The notes: generated by a model not told the origin, from the sequence alone. A stretch of DNA of 64,000 nt from Torpedo marmorata (GCA_977017645.1 OZ360221.1:105462001-105526000); one strand, 5' to 3'; positions 35,236 through 49,265 are shown, counted from the first letter of the stretch. Program-made: numbers and translations.

Positions 35236-35764
35236 CACAATTACAATCCTGAACTCCAGCACTTTTGTGTATTGCACTACAATCACAGAGTTGTTAGACT
35301 TTCCTGTATAAGTCCAAACATTATGAGAGTTTGGTGAAAATTAAAAGCAGAAAAGTAAGAAAAGGTCAGTTATTCCAATCAGCTGTCTGTGTTGTTTGAT
35401 CTGGCCTGGGGCAGGAAGCCCTCCATTCCTACCTTGGAGTTTGTTGTTCGTTCATTTTCAAAGCATTAATACCTTTGAGGTCACCTTCAAACTTGGCAGA
35501 CATTCGTTTGACATCTTGAAACATACAGTTAAATATTAAAAGATAATAAGAGCTGCAAAATATTGCATATCACCCATTTCTCACATGGCTGGTTAAAGAT
35601 AGCAGTTTTGATTAAGCTGTTAGAATTATTGAGAAGAGGAACTCTTATCAAAGCTATCAGTTTAAAAAAAAATTTAATCATTACCAAAATTTGTTACCTG
35701 TAACATGCATGAAACTTACATCTGTTTTCACATGTCCAAGAGTAAGGTCTGTCATGCAATAAAG

Positions 35765-36036
35765 CAGAGTCTGCGTCAGAACAAATCTAATCGAGGGGCA
35801 TTAGGGTAACCGCGGGGGGGCACTGATTTTTCAGCGGTGTCGGACCGGGGGGAGGTGGGGGTTGGCGGCGGCAGCGTTGGACCGGGGTTGGGGGGGGGGT
35901 TGGGTGGCGGCGGCAGCGTTGGACTGGGGGGGTGTGGGGGTTGGCGGCAGCAACGTCGGACCGGGTAGGTAGGGGGGCACAATAACTCATTTGTGGGGGC
36001 ATGGCCTGCGAATGCACCCCCATGACGCCGACCCTG
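35765..36036 (-). mobile_element. hAT MITE, 272 bp, same end family as 23589-23930
   Basis: TIRs CAGAGTCTGCGTCA / TGACGCCGACCCTG. TSD CAATAAAG (35757-64) versus CAACAAAG (36037-44). Internal G-rich ~35-bp repeats. Confidence 0.88.
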
Positions 36037-39000
36037 CAACAAAGACATCGAAGAAGAAACTGGATGGTTCTATACTGAAATGCCAATATTTAGTTCATTA
36101 ACTGTAAAGTAAAACATATTAACTGAATTGTATTAATTGAACATGGATTTTTCTTCAAGAGATGTCAGTGTCTCCATAATTTCAAGGCACATTCAAGGTG
36201 AACAAAATAGCAGCATCTGTCAGAATAATGAAGACTTATTTAGATCCACAGCAGTCAGCAGACATCCCAGGCCAGATGACACAACCAGCAAAACCAATCT
36301 CTTGATGGCTGCTAAAATAAAGGATTCTTTGCATTCCATCTTCAGCTCCCAGAGGTAAGGTTGCAACAATCTGCTTAAATGTAATAGAGTTAAGATATGG
36401 AATTATTTTCTTCAAATAACTGATTTTAGAATCATCTCCATGTATTGACAACACACTTGCATCTTTCTGCAACTTAGATTAGAGTGATTTTCTAAACATG
36501 ATCTTGAGGCCCTGAAGTTGATAACCCAAGCTATTCTTATCTTCTGGAAGTGTCCAAGACATATAGGATGTAAGATAGCTCCCACAGAAGAATCCCTAAA
36601 GGGTCCAAAATGTAGCATCATATGGAAGTACAGTAGTGAAATAAAGTTTAACGATTGTAATGGATTCTCACACTCTCTAAAATGCTTTTACTTTCAGGAG
36701 AAATAGAAACACATACTTAGCAAAATGTCACATTTGTGAAGAAAAAGGGAAGTTATACCATTTAAATTGATCAACTCTAACATTGAACATACTTATGTAG
36801 AACACGCAAACAAAATAATACTAGAATAAAACTTTGAATAACATTGTACTTCTGAGAATAGTTATTATTTATAGCAGAACATTAGCAATTTTCATTCCAA
36901 ATGAATTATTGTCCATGTCTCTGCTGTTAGATTGACAAGACTATTGACATAAAATTTGCCACAAGCATGATATTTTATCTGAATGATTTTGGCTGACTGG
37001 CTGACTTCTGCCTTCACAAAAATTAATTTTACATTCATTTTATCTGATATATCCCTCATTCTACTGTTACCAACAAGGTACAGAACACACTGATGTTCAG
37101 TGAGGGATATGGAAGAGCACACCAGAAGCAGGACTAGCAAAATATGAAAATAAGATTCCCATCTGGCAGAGTTCCAATCCGCAAATTAATGTATTCTAAA
37201 CAATAGAAGCGAAACAATCCCACAACCAACAGATGAGATCATTGGTCCTGTCACAGCCGTTCATGAATGATGATGGACAGTTAGACAACTGACAGGGGGT
37301 GGGGGGGGGGGGGGTGGGGGGGGAGGTTGGAGAATTTCCATTAATTCCTCATCCTCAATGATGGTTAAACTCAGCATTTCATTTGCAACCATCTTCATCA
37401 AGATGAGTTGACCAAATGAGCTATCTTAACCTACTTCTTAAATTCCCACCATCAGAGAAAGAAGTCCTCGCCTAATTTAATTCACAGCACCTAATGACAA
37501 GGAATGCCTGACTTCAGTGGATGTGGGAAAAGCTACACCTTTTTGCAATATCCCATTTGCAGTGCTGATGGTTTGGGCTCTTGAGCCAGATGTACTTCTC
37601 ACTAGTACAGCAACAACAATGTGGAAAATTGCCTAGTGACATATTTCCAAAAGTAGGGGGAACAATTCCAATCTGACTAAATGTTTCCAGGAGTTCCATG
37701 ATGTATGATGCAGCAATCTTTTGCATACATTATAAGAGCACACATGACCAGATAATTTAATCTGTTTTCCATATACAAAATTAAAGACCATCATGATTAT
37801 TACATTATTAATGTTACAAGGTCCTCTTATTACTTGATTAATGATTTCTTCAATTCTTCAGCCAGTTAGGTTCTTATAAACTTTTCCTTGTAGTATTTTC
37901 AACCTCTTGTTATTGCTTCCTTTCATCCTTCCTGCTGCTATTTCCAAATCTTCCTCATTACCATCCTAAGGCTATCTATTTTTTAAATTTTTAAACTGCA
38001 TATATCCATGTTACTTTCCCTTTCAAAATCTCAAAACAATACTCAGCTTTAGACATGGGGACCATGCAACTACATCCTCATAGTTACTGCTAGATCTCTT
38101 ATCAATCATATGGCAATAACTGATCAGCCTTGACAGTCAAAATACATGCAAACATATAACAAGCCTTTTTGCACCATTTCCATTGAATTCTCAATCCTCT
38201 TGATTCACACTTTCTGTAACATTGCACAAATATTTGCATGATTCAATAACTTTGACATATATGTGTATGTTTAAATATTTCATTTCCTAATAGACTTGAT
38301 CTCTATCCACAGCTGATTTATTCAGATCAGTAGAGCACTGATCTGTTTGTTATAGGAACCTATCTAATGGAAGCTAGGCTGGATAGGAGCATCAACAAAT
38401 GTTGTAGGAAAGCCTTTAAACTAATATTCTGGATTGGTACATTTGATATTAAAAGATCAGAAATGGTTAATTGTAAATTTGGGTTTGGATTGCAGAAAAA
38501 TAATTGTACATTGAGATGTGGAGATTTTTTATTTGTTTTAATATTCATTTTCGAGAACTGGGCCATGTTGGTAAGGCCAGCATTTATTACTAATCTTTTA
38601 TTATCCCTGACTAGTAAGGTATGGGTTTGTAAGTTTAGATTACCCTCACAGTAAATGCCCAATGTAGGACATCCAGTTAAGGAAAGTACAAAGAGAAAAC
38701 AAAAATCCACTATTGTTCTGGAGGGCAATTATGCGTTGTCACTGGAATAAATAAGGACTGAATCTTCATGCCATAATGACAAGCACTGGGTGAAAATGTA
38801 TTAAAAAATTATATTAAGGATAGGAATATAAACCATAAAATATTAAGAAGGTTTCAGATTTATCATGCAGTTAGTGAGCTTTTAATGAAAATTATAGCCA
38901 TTAACCATAGCTCCAAACATGAAACCAAGAAATAGTCATTACTTTGGTTCACTGGAGTGATGAAACAAACTATTAACAGAGCTAATCTTTGAAGATTGAG

Positions 39001-42000
39001 GAATTAAAGAAAATGGAAAAGAATTTGTTGGTATAAATCATGATTCATACCTTTCTGGACCTTATTCCGTTCTCACTATTGACTGCTGGTGAAAAGGGAG
39101 AAAATGTGGGGACTACTCTTCATGCCACAGTACTTCAATGAAGAGTTACTCAGCAATAAAAGAAGTATGAAATATCTGTTTTGAAATTTCTGGCTTTGAG
39201 TGAGTGATGTATTCAGGTGATCATCAATGGGTATGTCCTTTGGCCCAAATTGTGATCAGGTGGATGGGCTTCAATTATGCCTGCCTTACATACATCTGTT
39301 ACCAGCTTTGAGAATGTGCCTGGGAGCATTCCCAGGAATTTCAGCCACTACACCCTCCTTAAGCCCAGTGGATGTTACTGAGAACAGATATTGGTTCTTA
39401 TTGGGTCTTAAGAAGGCCCCAAATGTCTTAAGAGGGAATGTAATTGATTCCAGAGGGGATCAATTACCGAAGAATAAAAGGCATGCTTTTCCTCTGGGAA
39501 ATAATTAAAAAAATTAACATTACTGCTTTGGACTGTTAAGGGTCTCTAACCTTCCTTAGTAACTTACTCAGCAAATCTGTTGGGCTTTATGTAAGAAAAT
39601 TTTGTACTTCCTCATTTTAAAGTGCATCCAATAATACTGGCTCTTTGCTTGAACTTTACTTTTGGGATCCAAATTAAATGGAGTTGAAGTATGATGTAAT
39701 TTCAGTGGATCAGTTTGCTTTTGGTGGAAAAATCAAGAAATGAACAAAGAGATAGGAAATACAAGCATTTAAAATACAAAGGATCTGTTTGGTCAATTAA
39801 ATCAATTGAACGATTTTGAGTCCTTGTTCATATTTGATCTATGATAAACTAATCCAGTTGTGACAAGTGACTAATGCTGGCACTAATTTCTTGATAATGA
39901 TAAAATGATTATCTGTATTTGTTGCTTTGTACTTATTCTTAATTAGTTTGTACCATGACACTTCCATCTGTTGGAAAATTGGTATGGATTGGGACATTGA
40001 CTTCAAGAAGGCTTCTGTCAATGTTACTCTATGACATGTAAGATATTGGAGAAAAGATATGCAATTTTGCAAGACAGGCAGGAAGTCAACAAGACAGTCA
40101 GCTCCCCACCAGAATTATACTCCATCCTACAATGTCATTTAACAAATAACATGAACAAACTAATCTCAGAAACTTATGACAAGGTTGTTGATAAAAACAA
40201 TGTCCTGCAGTTTCAGACATGTTCGTTGAAAAGCATAATCAGAAGTAATAGGTCAGAGTATTTATGGTGAAAAATGCATGCATGACCAGCTATATTACTG
40301 CAAATCTCATTAAGTAATACATGATAAACACAAATACTGCCAACTAAGGATATAAAGGGATGAGCAGCACAAAAAAGAAAAGAATATTCTTTAAAATTGA
40401 TCCAATTTCTTGTTCCAAATGAGATTGAATGAATCAGACTATTTTGAGTTCCATGGGAAGTGAATGCAAAGCATTCTTTTCAACCCTTATCTCAGAAAAG
40501 GAAAAACAGTGCATCCCATTTAGTTCTTTAAACCAAATAAAGAAGAATTTTTGGTTCCAGCTTGTTTTTTTTTGTTGTTTTGAAAGGTCTTCACGACATA
40601 ATAGTTATTTGAGAAAAAATATACAATTATACCAAATTACAAAATTACTGTGCTATTTATTCATAATGAATTACTTTGTTGTTGTTATTAAATAGACAAA
40701 ACTAGCACCCATTTTGCACAAAACAGCCTCCAACATATAGCACTGGAATGAATGACTGGATAATTACTACCAAATTATAACATTAGTTGAGGTAGAAGTA
40801 AGGTAGAAAACAAGGAGAGCATTACATGGAATGGTGTGTAGGACCTTCAACCACTAGATTTTGACAAACGTCTCATTTGAAAACTCTCGATAATGACAAA
40901 CAGCAGTCTTCACCATGTCAGTGAAGTGTAAGCACACATTATAAACTGAAACTCTTACACGGACTAAAATATAATCTCCTGATACAAAGGTAAAATACTT
41001 CTGGAATGAAAATGAGCTGGATTCTATATTGGATGGAGATCTAATTATTCTCATTACTTTTCATATGATGATAACTATGGGATGAACATAAGGAATGGCA
41101 TAATTATATGAAGATCTCTTCTATGAACGCCACTGGTCACTTGCACCTCATTTAGAAAGAATGAGCATGAGGGAAGATTGCAGCTTGGGAACTCTGCATT
41201 CTTATTTGTTTCTTAAAGACAGCAACCATTCACATTTCCAGAGAAAGACAAAAGAGAATGCAAAATGAGAAATATTAAATTGCCTCTTGTTATAGAATCA
41301 CAATGGGCAATGAGTTGTTAAAATCTATAGCTGGGAAATGAATAATGTGACTTTATTATCTAGTTGCAGCCAGACAGAGTAAACATCCTCCTTTTCAACC
41401 CTGAGTAAAATATATATTTTGATTTTAATCTTTAAATTATTGGATGCAGGATATTTATACATAGTGTTTTCAATGTCCCACCTATTTTCTTCATGAGGAA
41501 TATTATTCAGAATTGGGTATTATTAGCATTCAGATTATTGATCACCATTCATTTTGTTTTACATTTATCAATCTATGATAAATTAAGTAATCATCATCAA
41601 TTATTGACTGAAAAATAAACATAAATATAAATAAAAACCTGATATAAAATAGTGGATATTTATATACAGATCATTTTGTGTCAGAGACATTGGCATTAAG
41701 AAGAGCTGAGGACACCACCGTTATAAAGGGAAATGATGATTTACTGCTCAATGTCAAGTCCCTGGTGGCCAGATTTTGCAAAAATATGGAAAGGAGTTCA
41801 GTTTCTGTCAAAACTATCCTTGCCAATTGCTATCATTCTCATTTTCTTGAAAGACAGGGAGCTAGGCCTAGGGGTATACACAGTTCCATACGCCTAGTGA
41901 TACAAATGTAATTCTAGACAAATGAAATGACTTGTAAGATCATCACTTTCCTAAACTAGTGACAACTGAGGGATTATACCAGGCCAAAAACCTATAGGAT

Positions 42001-42207
42001 TAAAAAAAAATCCAGGAGACCTAATACTCTAAAAGCCGAAGTATTGCATTGTCTTCACAAACAAAATAAAGCTCAGTGTTGATCTATACTAAGTGAAGGT
42101 TTGACCTGTACTTGCTTTAAAAATGATTATTGCCTGCAAGTTGGCTGAACAATAATATTAACTTTGTAAGTTTTACTTATTAGATCAAAATATGAACAAG
42201 TGGCTAG

Positions 42208-42340
42208 TGTTACGTCGCAGACCAGCAGCAATGGAAAATCACCAAGACAGTGTTATACTTTATTTTAAAACAATATATTTATTAATGACTACTAATAACA
42301 TAACACCTTATTTAAATCAAACCCAACGATGGGCAAATAT

Positions 42341-42375
<35 letters not shown>

Positions 42376-43002
42376 GTCATTCCAAAGTTCAGTCTTAGAA
42401 ATCTTGTGTTGAAACGCAGACTTTTAAACTGATGCCCAGAAGTAATCACGAAGGAGGTGGGAGAGACTGAGTGACCAGACTGCTGAAAACTCACAAATCC
42501 TTGTCAAGTTCCTTTCGGGCGAACGGTTGTCACAACTCCCCTATTTCTTGTGTAGGGGAAACGAAACGTGTGACTTCCACGAAGCTTTCAAAACCCAGGT
42601 ACGGGTCAGTCGAAATGACCATTACTTTGGTCACAATCCGATGCAGCAATTCTCCTGCTTCCAAAACCCAGGTACGGGTCAATCAAAGTGACCTTTACTT
42701 TGGTCACGGTGTGGTTCAATAATTCCCCTGACAGGGAGAATCAGCCAAATTATCCAGTTCACACAGAGTCACTCCACATCAGTGTTCCATGAGATGGCTG
42801 GTGGTCAATGATGAATCCTGTTTCCTTCAGTGTTCCACTCACATGATTCTCTCACCACCTGTGTTCCAGGATAAAGCAACAAATGCTCTTTTCCTTCCTC
42901 CAGAGTATCATCTTTGGCACAGTCTGTACTAGATGTTGCCATCCAGTCTCTCCACAGCTGTGAATGGTTGCAGCCAGTACTAGTCCTTAAAGTGATATTA
43001 CA
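42208..43002. mobile_element. Possible solo LTR containing (GT)n and an internal ~50-bp direct repeat
   Basis: Begins TGTTAC and may end ATTACA, with flanks CTAG/CTAA. The internal repeat AAAACCCAGGTACGGGTCA..TTACTTTGGTCAC occurs at ~42590 and ~42663. The right boundary is uncertain. Confidence 0.45.
42343..42372. repeat. (GT)n microsatellite
   Basis: Read directly from the sequence. Confidence 0.97.
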
Positions 43003-44582
43003 CTAAATGAAACAGGAGCTCATAATACTAGTGAACACTGAAAGAAAGCAAGAAGAACTGTCACCAGATTGGGACCACCAGCTTCATTTTGATATTGGTC
43101 AACAAAATAAACAAGGAGGAATTGGCACCAATGAGAAAAAAAGCAGGGTAGTTTAAGTAAAGCATTTTGTCCTTACATGGAGAACCATATCAGTGTTCTT
43201 AGTCACTCATTATGTTAATTGCCCAGAAATACACTGATTTAATTGCCGATATTAGTTGTTCAAAATTATAGTAAAATTTCTGGCCATCCTCATCAACACA
43301 CATAAGAATGTTAAAATCAGCACAGAGAAAAACATTTGTAAACACACAATGCCTGAGGAAAGTACTAAAGTTATACCAAAAGTCATATTTTATTTTATCA
43401 ATTGAATATTTGAGTCATCAGACCATTGCTTAACTTTAGGCACACAAAGTAAACAATATTCAAGGGAAGTATTTATGGTGGCATTTCAATACTTAATGTA
43501 ACACATTGAAACTATAAAAACAAGCATTCAAAGATATGGAAACTGTAGTATAGATTTCAGCAAATTAATATATTTTAAAAAGTATAAGATGGACTGTGAA
43601 ATTCCATAAATCAGTGACTACATTCAACATCGCCAAATATTTTATTTTGCTAAACCAATGCCTACTTAAAACTGGAAAAAAAAATCAGGTTTCTTTTTTA
43701 AAGAGAGACAAAGCAATATTAAAAAGTGGTAGATGGACAGGGCTTTTGGAAAAACAACAAAGAAATTCAGGGACCTGTGTTATGGTTTTAAAACTGGAAT
43801 TTCAATGACCTCAAATGTCCTTACTGAGTCCATTTTAAACTAATTTGAGGCACTATCTTGGTTGGTTTGAATCAAGATATCAGGAATATCTTGATTAGTA
43901 AAATGATATGGTTTTGCTTTTATTTTGATTTAATATGTTTATTGCCTGCCCTTAATGAGTTATTCACTTCTTTTCAGAAGCTTGCAAGAATTATATTTGA
44001 AATCCTTTGAATTCACTTAAAATTAGAAAGTAATTCAATCCCATTCCTTGAAACAAAATGATTTCTCCATTGACCTATGATGTTTGAAAATTATATGCTT
44101 ACAATATTGAAAAACAGCTTTATCTGACGTTTAACAATATGTCCATCTTTTTGCTTCTTCCTAGAAAGCTTCCCTATTGTCATCCACAGATGTTTGTCTC
44201 AGGTGCTGATGTACATTAGTCTCCTGAATCCATCTATTCCTTATTTTAGAGCTCTTAGTGAAGCAGACTCAAACATTCTCTCCACTGATTGGAATTGGTA
44301 TGTCCAATGTTCCAGGCTAATCATTAGAAGTATCAAGGGCAAATCTGAAGAATTATATTACTAATTTACCATTACTCTATAAAATACTCCTCACAGATGT
44401 ACCTTTCATAAATTGTAAATGTAATCTAATCATTATCATCTGTAAATAACATGCAAGGTTGTGATGCCATATGGTGTGCTATTGGTAATTATTTTCATAT
44501 TTATAAATACTTTTTGGAGTACGTGCAGTCATCATGATTCTCGTAGCCATTCAATCTCTCCAAACATTACAAAACATTACAA

Positions 44583-44860
44583 GGGCGGCACGGTTAGCGT
44601 AGCAGTTATTGCAACGCTGTTACAGCGCCAGCTATCGGGACCGGGGTTCAAATCCCACGCTTTCTGTATGGAGTTTGTATGTTCTCCCCGTGTCTACGTG
44701 GGTTTCCTCCGGGAGCTCCGGTTTCCTCCGACCGTTTGAAACGCAGCGGGGGTTGCAGGTCAAATGGGTGTAATTGGGCAGCACAGGCTTGTGGGCCAAA
44801 ATGGCCTATTACCATGCTGTATATCTAAATTTAAAATTTAAGTTTAAAATTTAAAAATTA
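44583..44860 (+). mobile_element. V-SINE
   Basis: GGGCGGCACGGTTAGCGTAGC head, GGTTCAAATCC B box, V-domain, and (AAATTTA)n tail. Confidence 0.9.
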
Positions 44861-45653
44861 GACAAACAGCTTTGCTGCTCTTTTTTTTTCCCCTGGTGGA
44901 CGAAGGAAACATTGGCTGGAAGACTGTCCTTGGCAATTTTCTTGTGATTACTTAAATCAGTTTGACTTTCTGTCAACCTTTTTTTATGAGGGATTATGTT
45001 CACTACTTAGCCACCTCCAGCTATCTGTCCTTTGGATCTTTTGGTTTGATGAACAGACCACCCTGATAATCAGCAACATTTTTAAGGGTTTAATGTATTG
45101 TTCCCCACCTGCTGATTTTCTGGGTCTCTTAGTTCATATGACATGCTTATTATTATTTGGTAACAAAATAATTTACATTTGTAAAGGATCCAATCATTAA
45201 AAATCAGGTATGAAATGGGCTTTTCACTACATTGAAATGCAAATAAAAATGATAAAAAGATATTTTCAACATTAGATCCAAACATAGAAGCAATACCAGC
45301 ATGAAGCTATAAAGGCAATTAGGCCCAGGGTATGTTCACCTCTGGCCTATGATTTTGTACAGAATTGCCAACATCTGTATTTTTTAATTGCAGGCAAGTC
45401 TTGATTATCAGAGGCATATAAAAAAGTTCAAAAGCCATTGACAGCGGTGGGCTGTTTAAAAGTTATTAAGGCACCATATGGCTGGACACTGCTTGAAACC
45501 TTGATTTCAGACAAATCCTGCTTTACTCCCAAGGATGACATTAAGGTGCCAAGGTCAGCTTGGACATCTTTCCATACCTGGACCTTGTTATTGAAAGTAA
45601 CAGACAGGCACTACAGATGGCAGTGGGTCAGATCCAGTATGACCCAGCCCATT

Positions 45654-46279
45654 TATTTACTGCATCCGATGCTCCCTTTGTAGCATTACCTACATCGGAG
45701 AGACCGATCGCAGATTGGGAGATCGCTTCGCTCAGCACCTCCTCTCCGTCCGCACACAACAACAGCGACCTCCCAGTAGCCAACCTTTTCAATTCCGAGT
45801 CACACTCCCACACTCACATGTCTGTCCATGGCCTTATGTACTATCCCATCCAGACCTCCCGCAAATTGGAGGAACAACATCTTATTTTCCGTCTGGGCAC
45901 TCTCCAGCCAGATGGCATTAACATTGACTTTTCTGCTTTCCACTAAACCTGCTCACCTTTTCTTTCCCCTCCCCCTTCCCTGTCTTTCTAGTTCTTCCAC
46001 CCACCCAGCCATCCCTCCTCCCCCTCATTGCTGCTGTCCCCTCCCTCCTTTCTCCACCTATCATCTCCTGCCTTTGCCACCCCTTCCCACCCCCCCCCCA
46101 CTCTTTTGTTCGGACGCTTGCCGGCATTTTCTCATACATTGATGAAGGGCTCAAGCCCGAAACGTCGGTTATGTATCTTTACCTTTGCTACATAAAGGAC
46201 ATTGTTAGACCTGCTGAGCTTCTCCAGCATTTTGTGTTTTTACTTCAACCACGGTGTCCACAGAATTTCGTGATTTACT
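45654..46279 (+). mobile_element. Penelope-like element 3' part: GIY-YIG endonuclease plus pseudo-LTR; 16-bp TSD
   Basis: Manual translation from 45655 gives IYCIRCSLCSITYIGETDRRLGDRFAQHL, then after a frameshift DLPVANLFN..RKLEEQHLIFRLGTLQPDGINIDF. TSD TATGAYYCAGCCCATT at 45638-45653 and 46280-46295 (15/16 match). Confidence 0.93.
46133..46173 (+). ncRNA. Minimal type I hammerhead ribozyme-like motif in a Penelope pseudo-LTR
   Basis: CATAC(A)-TTGATGA-A-GGGC-TCAA-GCCC-GAAAC-GTC-GGTTATG: core, stem II, palindromic ACGT in place of stem III, NUH site and stem I. Confidence 0.7.
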
Positions 46280-47129
46280 TATGACTCAGCCCATTCCTTT
46301 TAGGAATAAAGAAAGAGTGCAAACCCTAACATATTTGAATACAGATCATTCAGCTAAACCAATGGTACGAATTTACATGATGTTACAGCTTCTGGATGAT
46401 CCAAATGGCCCATTTTCAATACCATTTGTACAATTGTGAGGAAGCACTGATTATTCCATTGCAGAGAGGACTGCTGCGATAAAATCCCAAGGAGCCAAGT
46501 ATATTGACCAAGACCTGAAATAAATTGATTTCACGTGTGGTTTCTTTTCACCTTTGTGTCCTGTTTCAACCTGAATTCTTTGTAGTACAGGGCAACCAAC
46601 AGAGGAAAATTGAACAAATGTACAACAAAATATGGCCATGATTTTATTACAAATAATGTTTTGGTAAAAAATTAATTTGTTATACAGATTACAATTATCA
46701 GACCAATTTCACAAATTTGGCACACATGCTGCAGACTTTTTCAGGAAATTACATTTCAATGGGGCATAAAGTATAACTGTTTGTTGTGATAACATGCATA
46801 AATCAAAAGGAGCAATTCTGAAACTGCAAAGCAGGTTCATCACCACAAAGCTGACATACTATTAATATTGCCTCCTTCAAGAAAGTTTTGTAATAATTTT
46901 TCCATTTAATAATCCATTATAGCATAAAGAAAATACATACTAAAACTGAAATTGAATATATTATTTCTTCACAAATTTGACTTTTATCCACATTTTACAA
47001 ATCATGGGCCTATCTCTTATGATGTTGCTCATGAATTTATATGAATTTGGCTTTTCTTCTCCCTATTGCTGGCATTTGAGTGTTCACTGAGGCATGCTCA
47101 TGTGCTCTTACCCTCATTGAAATCTTTCC

Positions 47130-47262
47130 NNNNNNNNNNNNNNNNNNNNNNNNNNNNNNNNNNNNNNNNNNNNNNNNNNNNNNNNNNNNNNNNNNNNNNN
47201 NNNNNNNNNNNNNNNNNNNNNNNNNNNNNNNNNNNNNNNNNNNNNNNNNNNNNNNNNNNNNN
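47130..47262. other. Assembly gap (133 N)
   Basis: Run of N. Confidence 1.
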
Positions 47263-47853
47263 AACTCCATAGTTGAGCTAAAGCTTAACCTGCTGTATTT
47301 TTACAAGCAGAATATAAAGTAAGTATGCAATGCTGATGCTTTATAAGGCATTAGTCAGACCACATTTGAAGTATTGTGGGGTGTTTTGCGCCCCATACTG
47401 AAGGAAGGATGTGATGGTATTAGGGACGGACCAGAGGAGGTTTGCTGGAATGATCCCGGGAAATATTAATGTGAGGAGCGTTTGATGGCTCTGGGCCTGT
47501 ACTCCCTGGAGGTTAGATGGATGAGGGAGGGCTGGAGAGAGTGGGCGTGGAGATGATGTTTCCTGTCATGGGAGTCAAGGACCAGAGGGCACAGCCTTAG
47601 AATAAATGGACGGACACTTAGAACAGTGATGAGAGAAACTTCTTCAGCAAGAGGGAGGTGAATCTGTGGAATTTGTGCCACAGACTGCTGTGGACGTCAA
47701 TTCATTGCATACACATAAAGCGGAGGTTGATAGGTTCTTGATTAGTCGGGGCCTCAAAAATGGGGCGAAGACAGGAGAATGGCACTAAGAGGAAAAATAT
47801 ATCAGCCATGATTAAAATGGTAGAGCAGACTCAATGGGCCTTATGGTCTTATG
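47263..47853 (+). mobile_element. CR1 LINE 3' part
   Basis: CTTTATAAGGCATTAGTCAGACCACATTTGAAGTATTGTG (LYKALVRPHLKYC), ACCAGAGGGCACAG (TRGH), and tail TTATGGTCTTATG. Confidence 0.88.
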
Positions 47854-48211
47854 ATATAAAGTATTTATTTTTCTGACATTTTAATCATGTAGCTATGAAA
47901 ATCAAAATTGAAAATTCAGTGGGAGCCTTTGCTAGCCTTTAACAATTTCTCCACTCCAACAGGCAAGAAGGCTAACAAGAGTAGAATCTGATTGGTCCAT
48001 GGACCATTTTGTAAAAATTACATGCTAACTATTGCATTATTGTAGTGTATGTAGTCATAATATTTAAAACATTAATTTCTATAATGTAGTAAAGATTAAT
48101 CATGTGACATGAAGAATTTGTACTGGTTTAAATGATTTACTCACTAAATGTATGTGCTAAAAGGTGCACATTAAAACAAAACATACAAATATCAGCAAAA
48201 GAAGATAGGGG

Positions 48212-48602
48212 AAAACACAAAAGCCTGCAGACATCGTGACTGAAGTAAAAACACAAAGCTGGAGAAATTCAGCAGGTCAAACAGTGCACTTTATATAGCA
48301 AATATAAAGATACATAACCAACGTTTCGGGCTTGAGCCCTTATCAAGGTATGAAAAAATGTAAGCAGGTGCCCGAACAAAATGGTGGGGAGGAGGGGTAG
48401 GGGAGGAGCACATTCCTACAGGCAGGAGGGAATAGGTGGCTAAGGGAGGGAGGGCACACCCGCAAGCAGGGAGAGGAGGGATGGCTATGTGAATGGAGAG
48501 GGAAGGGGTGGAGAGCTGGAAAAAAAAGAAGACAAAGGGAAAGAGAAGGGAGGGAGAATGGAGAGTAGGCTACCAGAAACCAGAGAAGTCGATGTTAATG
48601 CA
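48212..48602 (-). mobile_element. Penelope pseudo-LTR on the minus strand
   Basis: Reverse complement of 45915-46279, including the ORF end (INIDFSGFW*) and the terminal CTGCAG motif. Confidence 0.9.
48313..48352 (-). ncRNA. Minimal hammerhead ribozyme-like motif, U3-A8 variant
   Basis: The minus strand reads CATACC-TTGATAA-GGGC-TCAA-GCCC-GAAAC-GTT-GGTTATG. Confidence 0.7.
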
Positions 48603-48989
48603 AAATAAGATAAATTTGTTATCAATGCTCCATTCCATTCACAACTCTTCAGTGAATGAAGCAGTCCATATCAGTGTAGCAACTAAGACACCATTAAGAC
48701 AGACGCTGCTATGTAATAAGTAACATTTGAACCACAGAAATATCAGGCGATGACAATCTCCAAAAAGAGAGAGTAAAACTACCTATCCTTGACATTAAAT
48801 GGCATTATCCTCATCAAGTATCCCAACATCAGGATCCAGGAATCAAAGTGAACCATATATGCAACTGGACTGTCCAAATAAGATTTGTGTTTACAAGAAA
48901 AGGTGAGAGATAGTGTATCTGTGGCGAGTGACTCACTTCTTGTCACAGCAAAGTCTTTTGACCATACATTTATTTGACACCACTTTAAC

Positions 48990-49265
48990 CACCAAGAAAG
49001 GCAAGGGTGCCAAGGAATGAGATGATCTCCTTTTGCATGTTTCCCCTCAAATGGCACACTATCATGATTTGGAAATGTATTGCCGTACCTTCAGGGCTAC
49101 AGTGTCCAAATCTTGGAATTCCCTGCCCAGCAGAATCATTGGAGTAACTTCATCCATGGGACTGCAGCCACTTACATAGGCTGTTCACCATCACTTTCTC
49201 AAAGACAAAAATTGGCAATAAATGCTGATCATGCTAATGATGATCAGATCCTGAAAAATTAAGAA
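48990..49265 (+). mobile_element. Ancient CR1/L2-type LINE 3' end
   Basis: TTGGAAATGTATTGCCG..CATGGGACTGCAGC..CACCATCACTTTCTCAA..GGCAATAAATGCTG; related to 10455-10700. Confidence 0.6.

Noticed and set aside
37295-37323. Poly-G tract with G-quadruplex potential
   Set aside because: It is a low-complexity homopolymer like several others in the window, with nothing indicating function.
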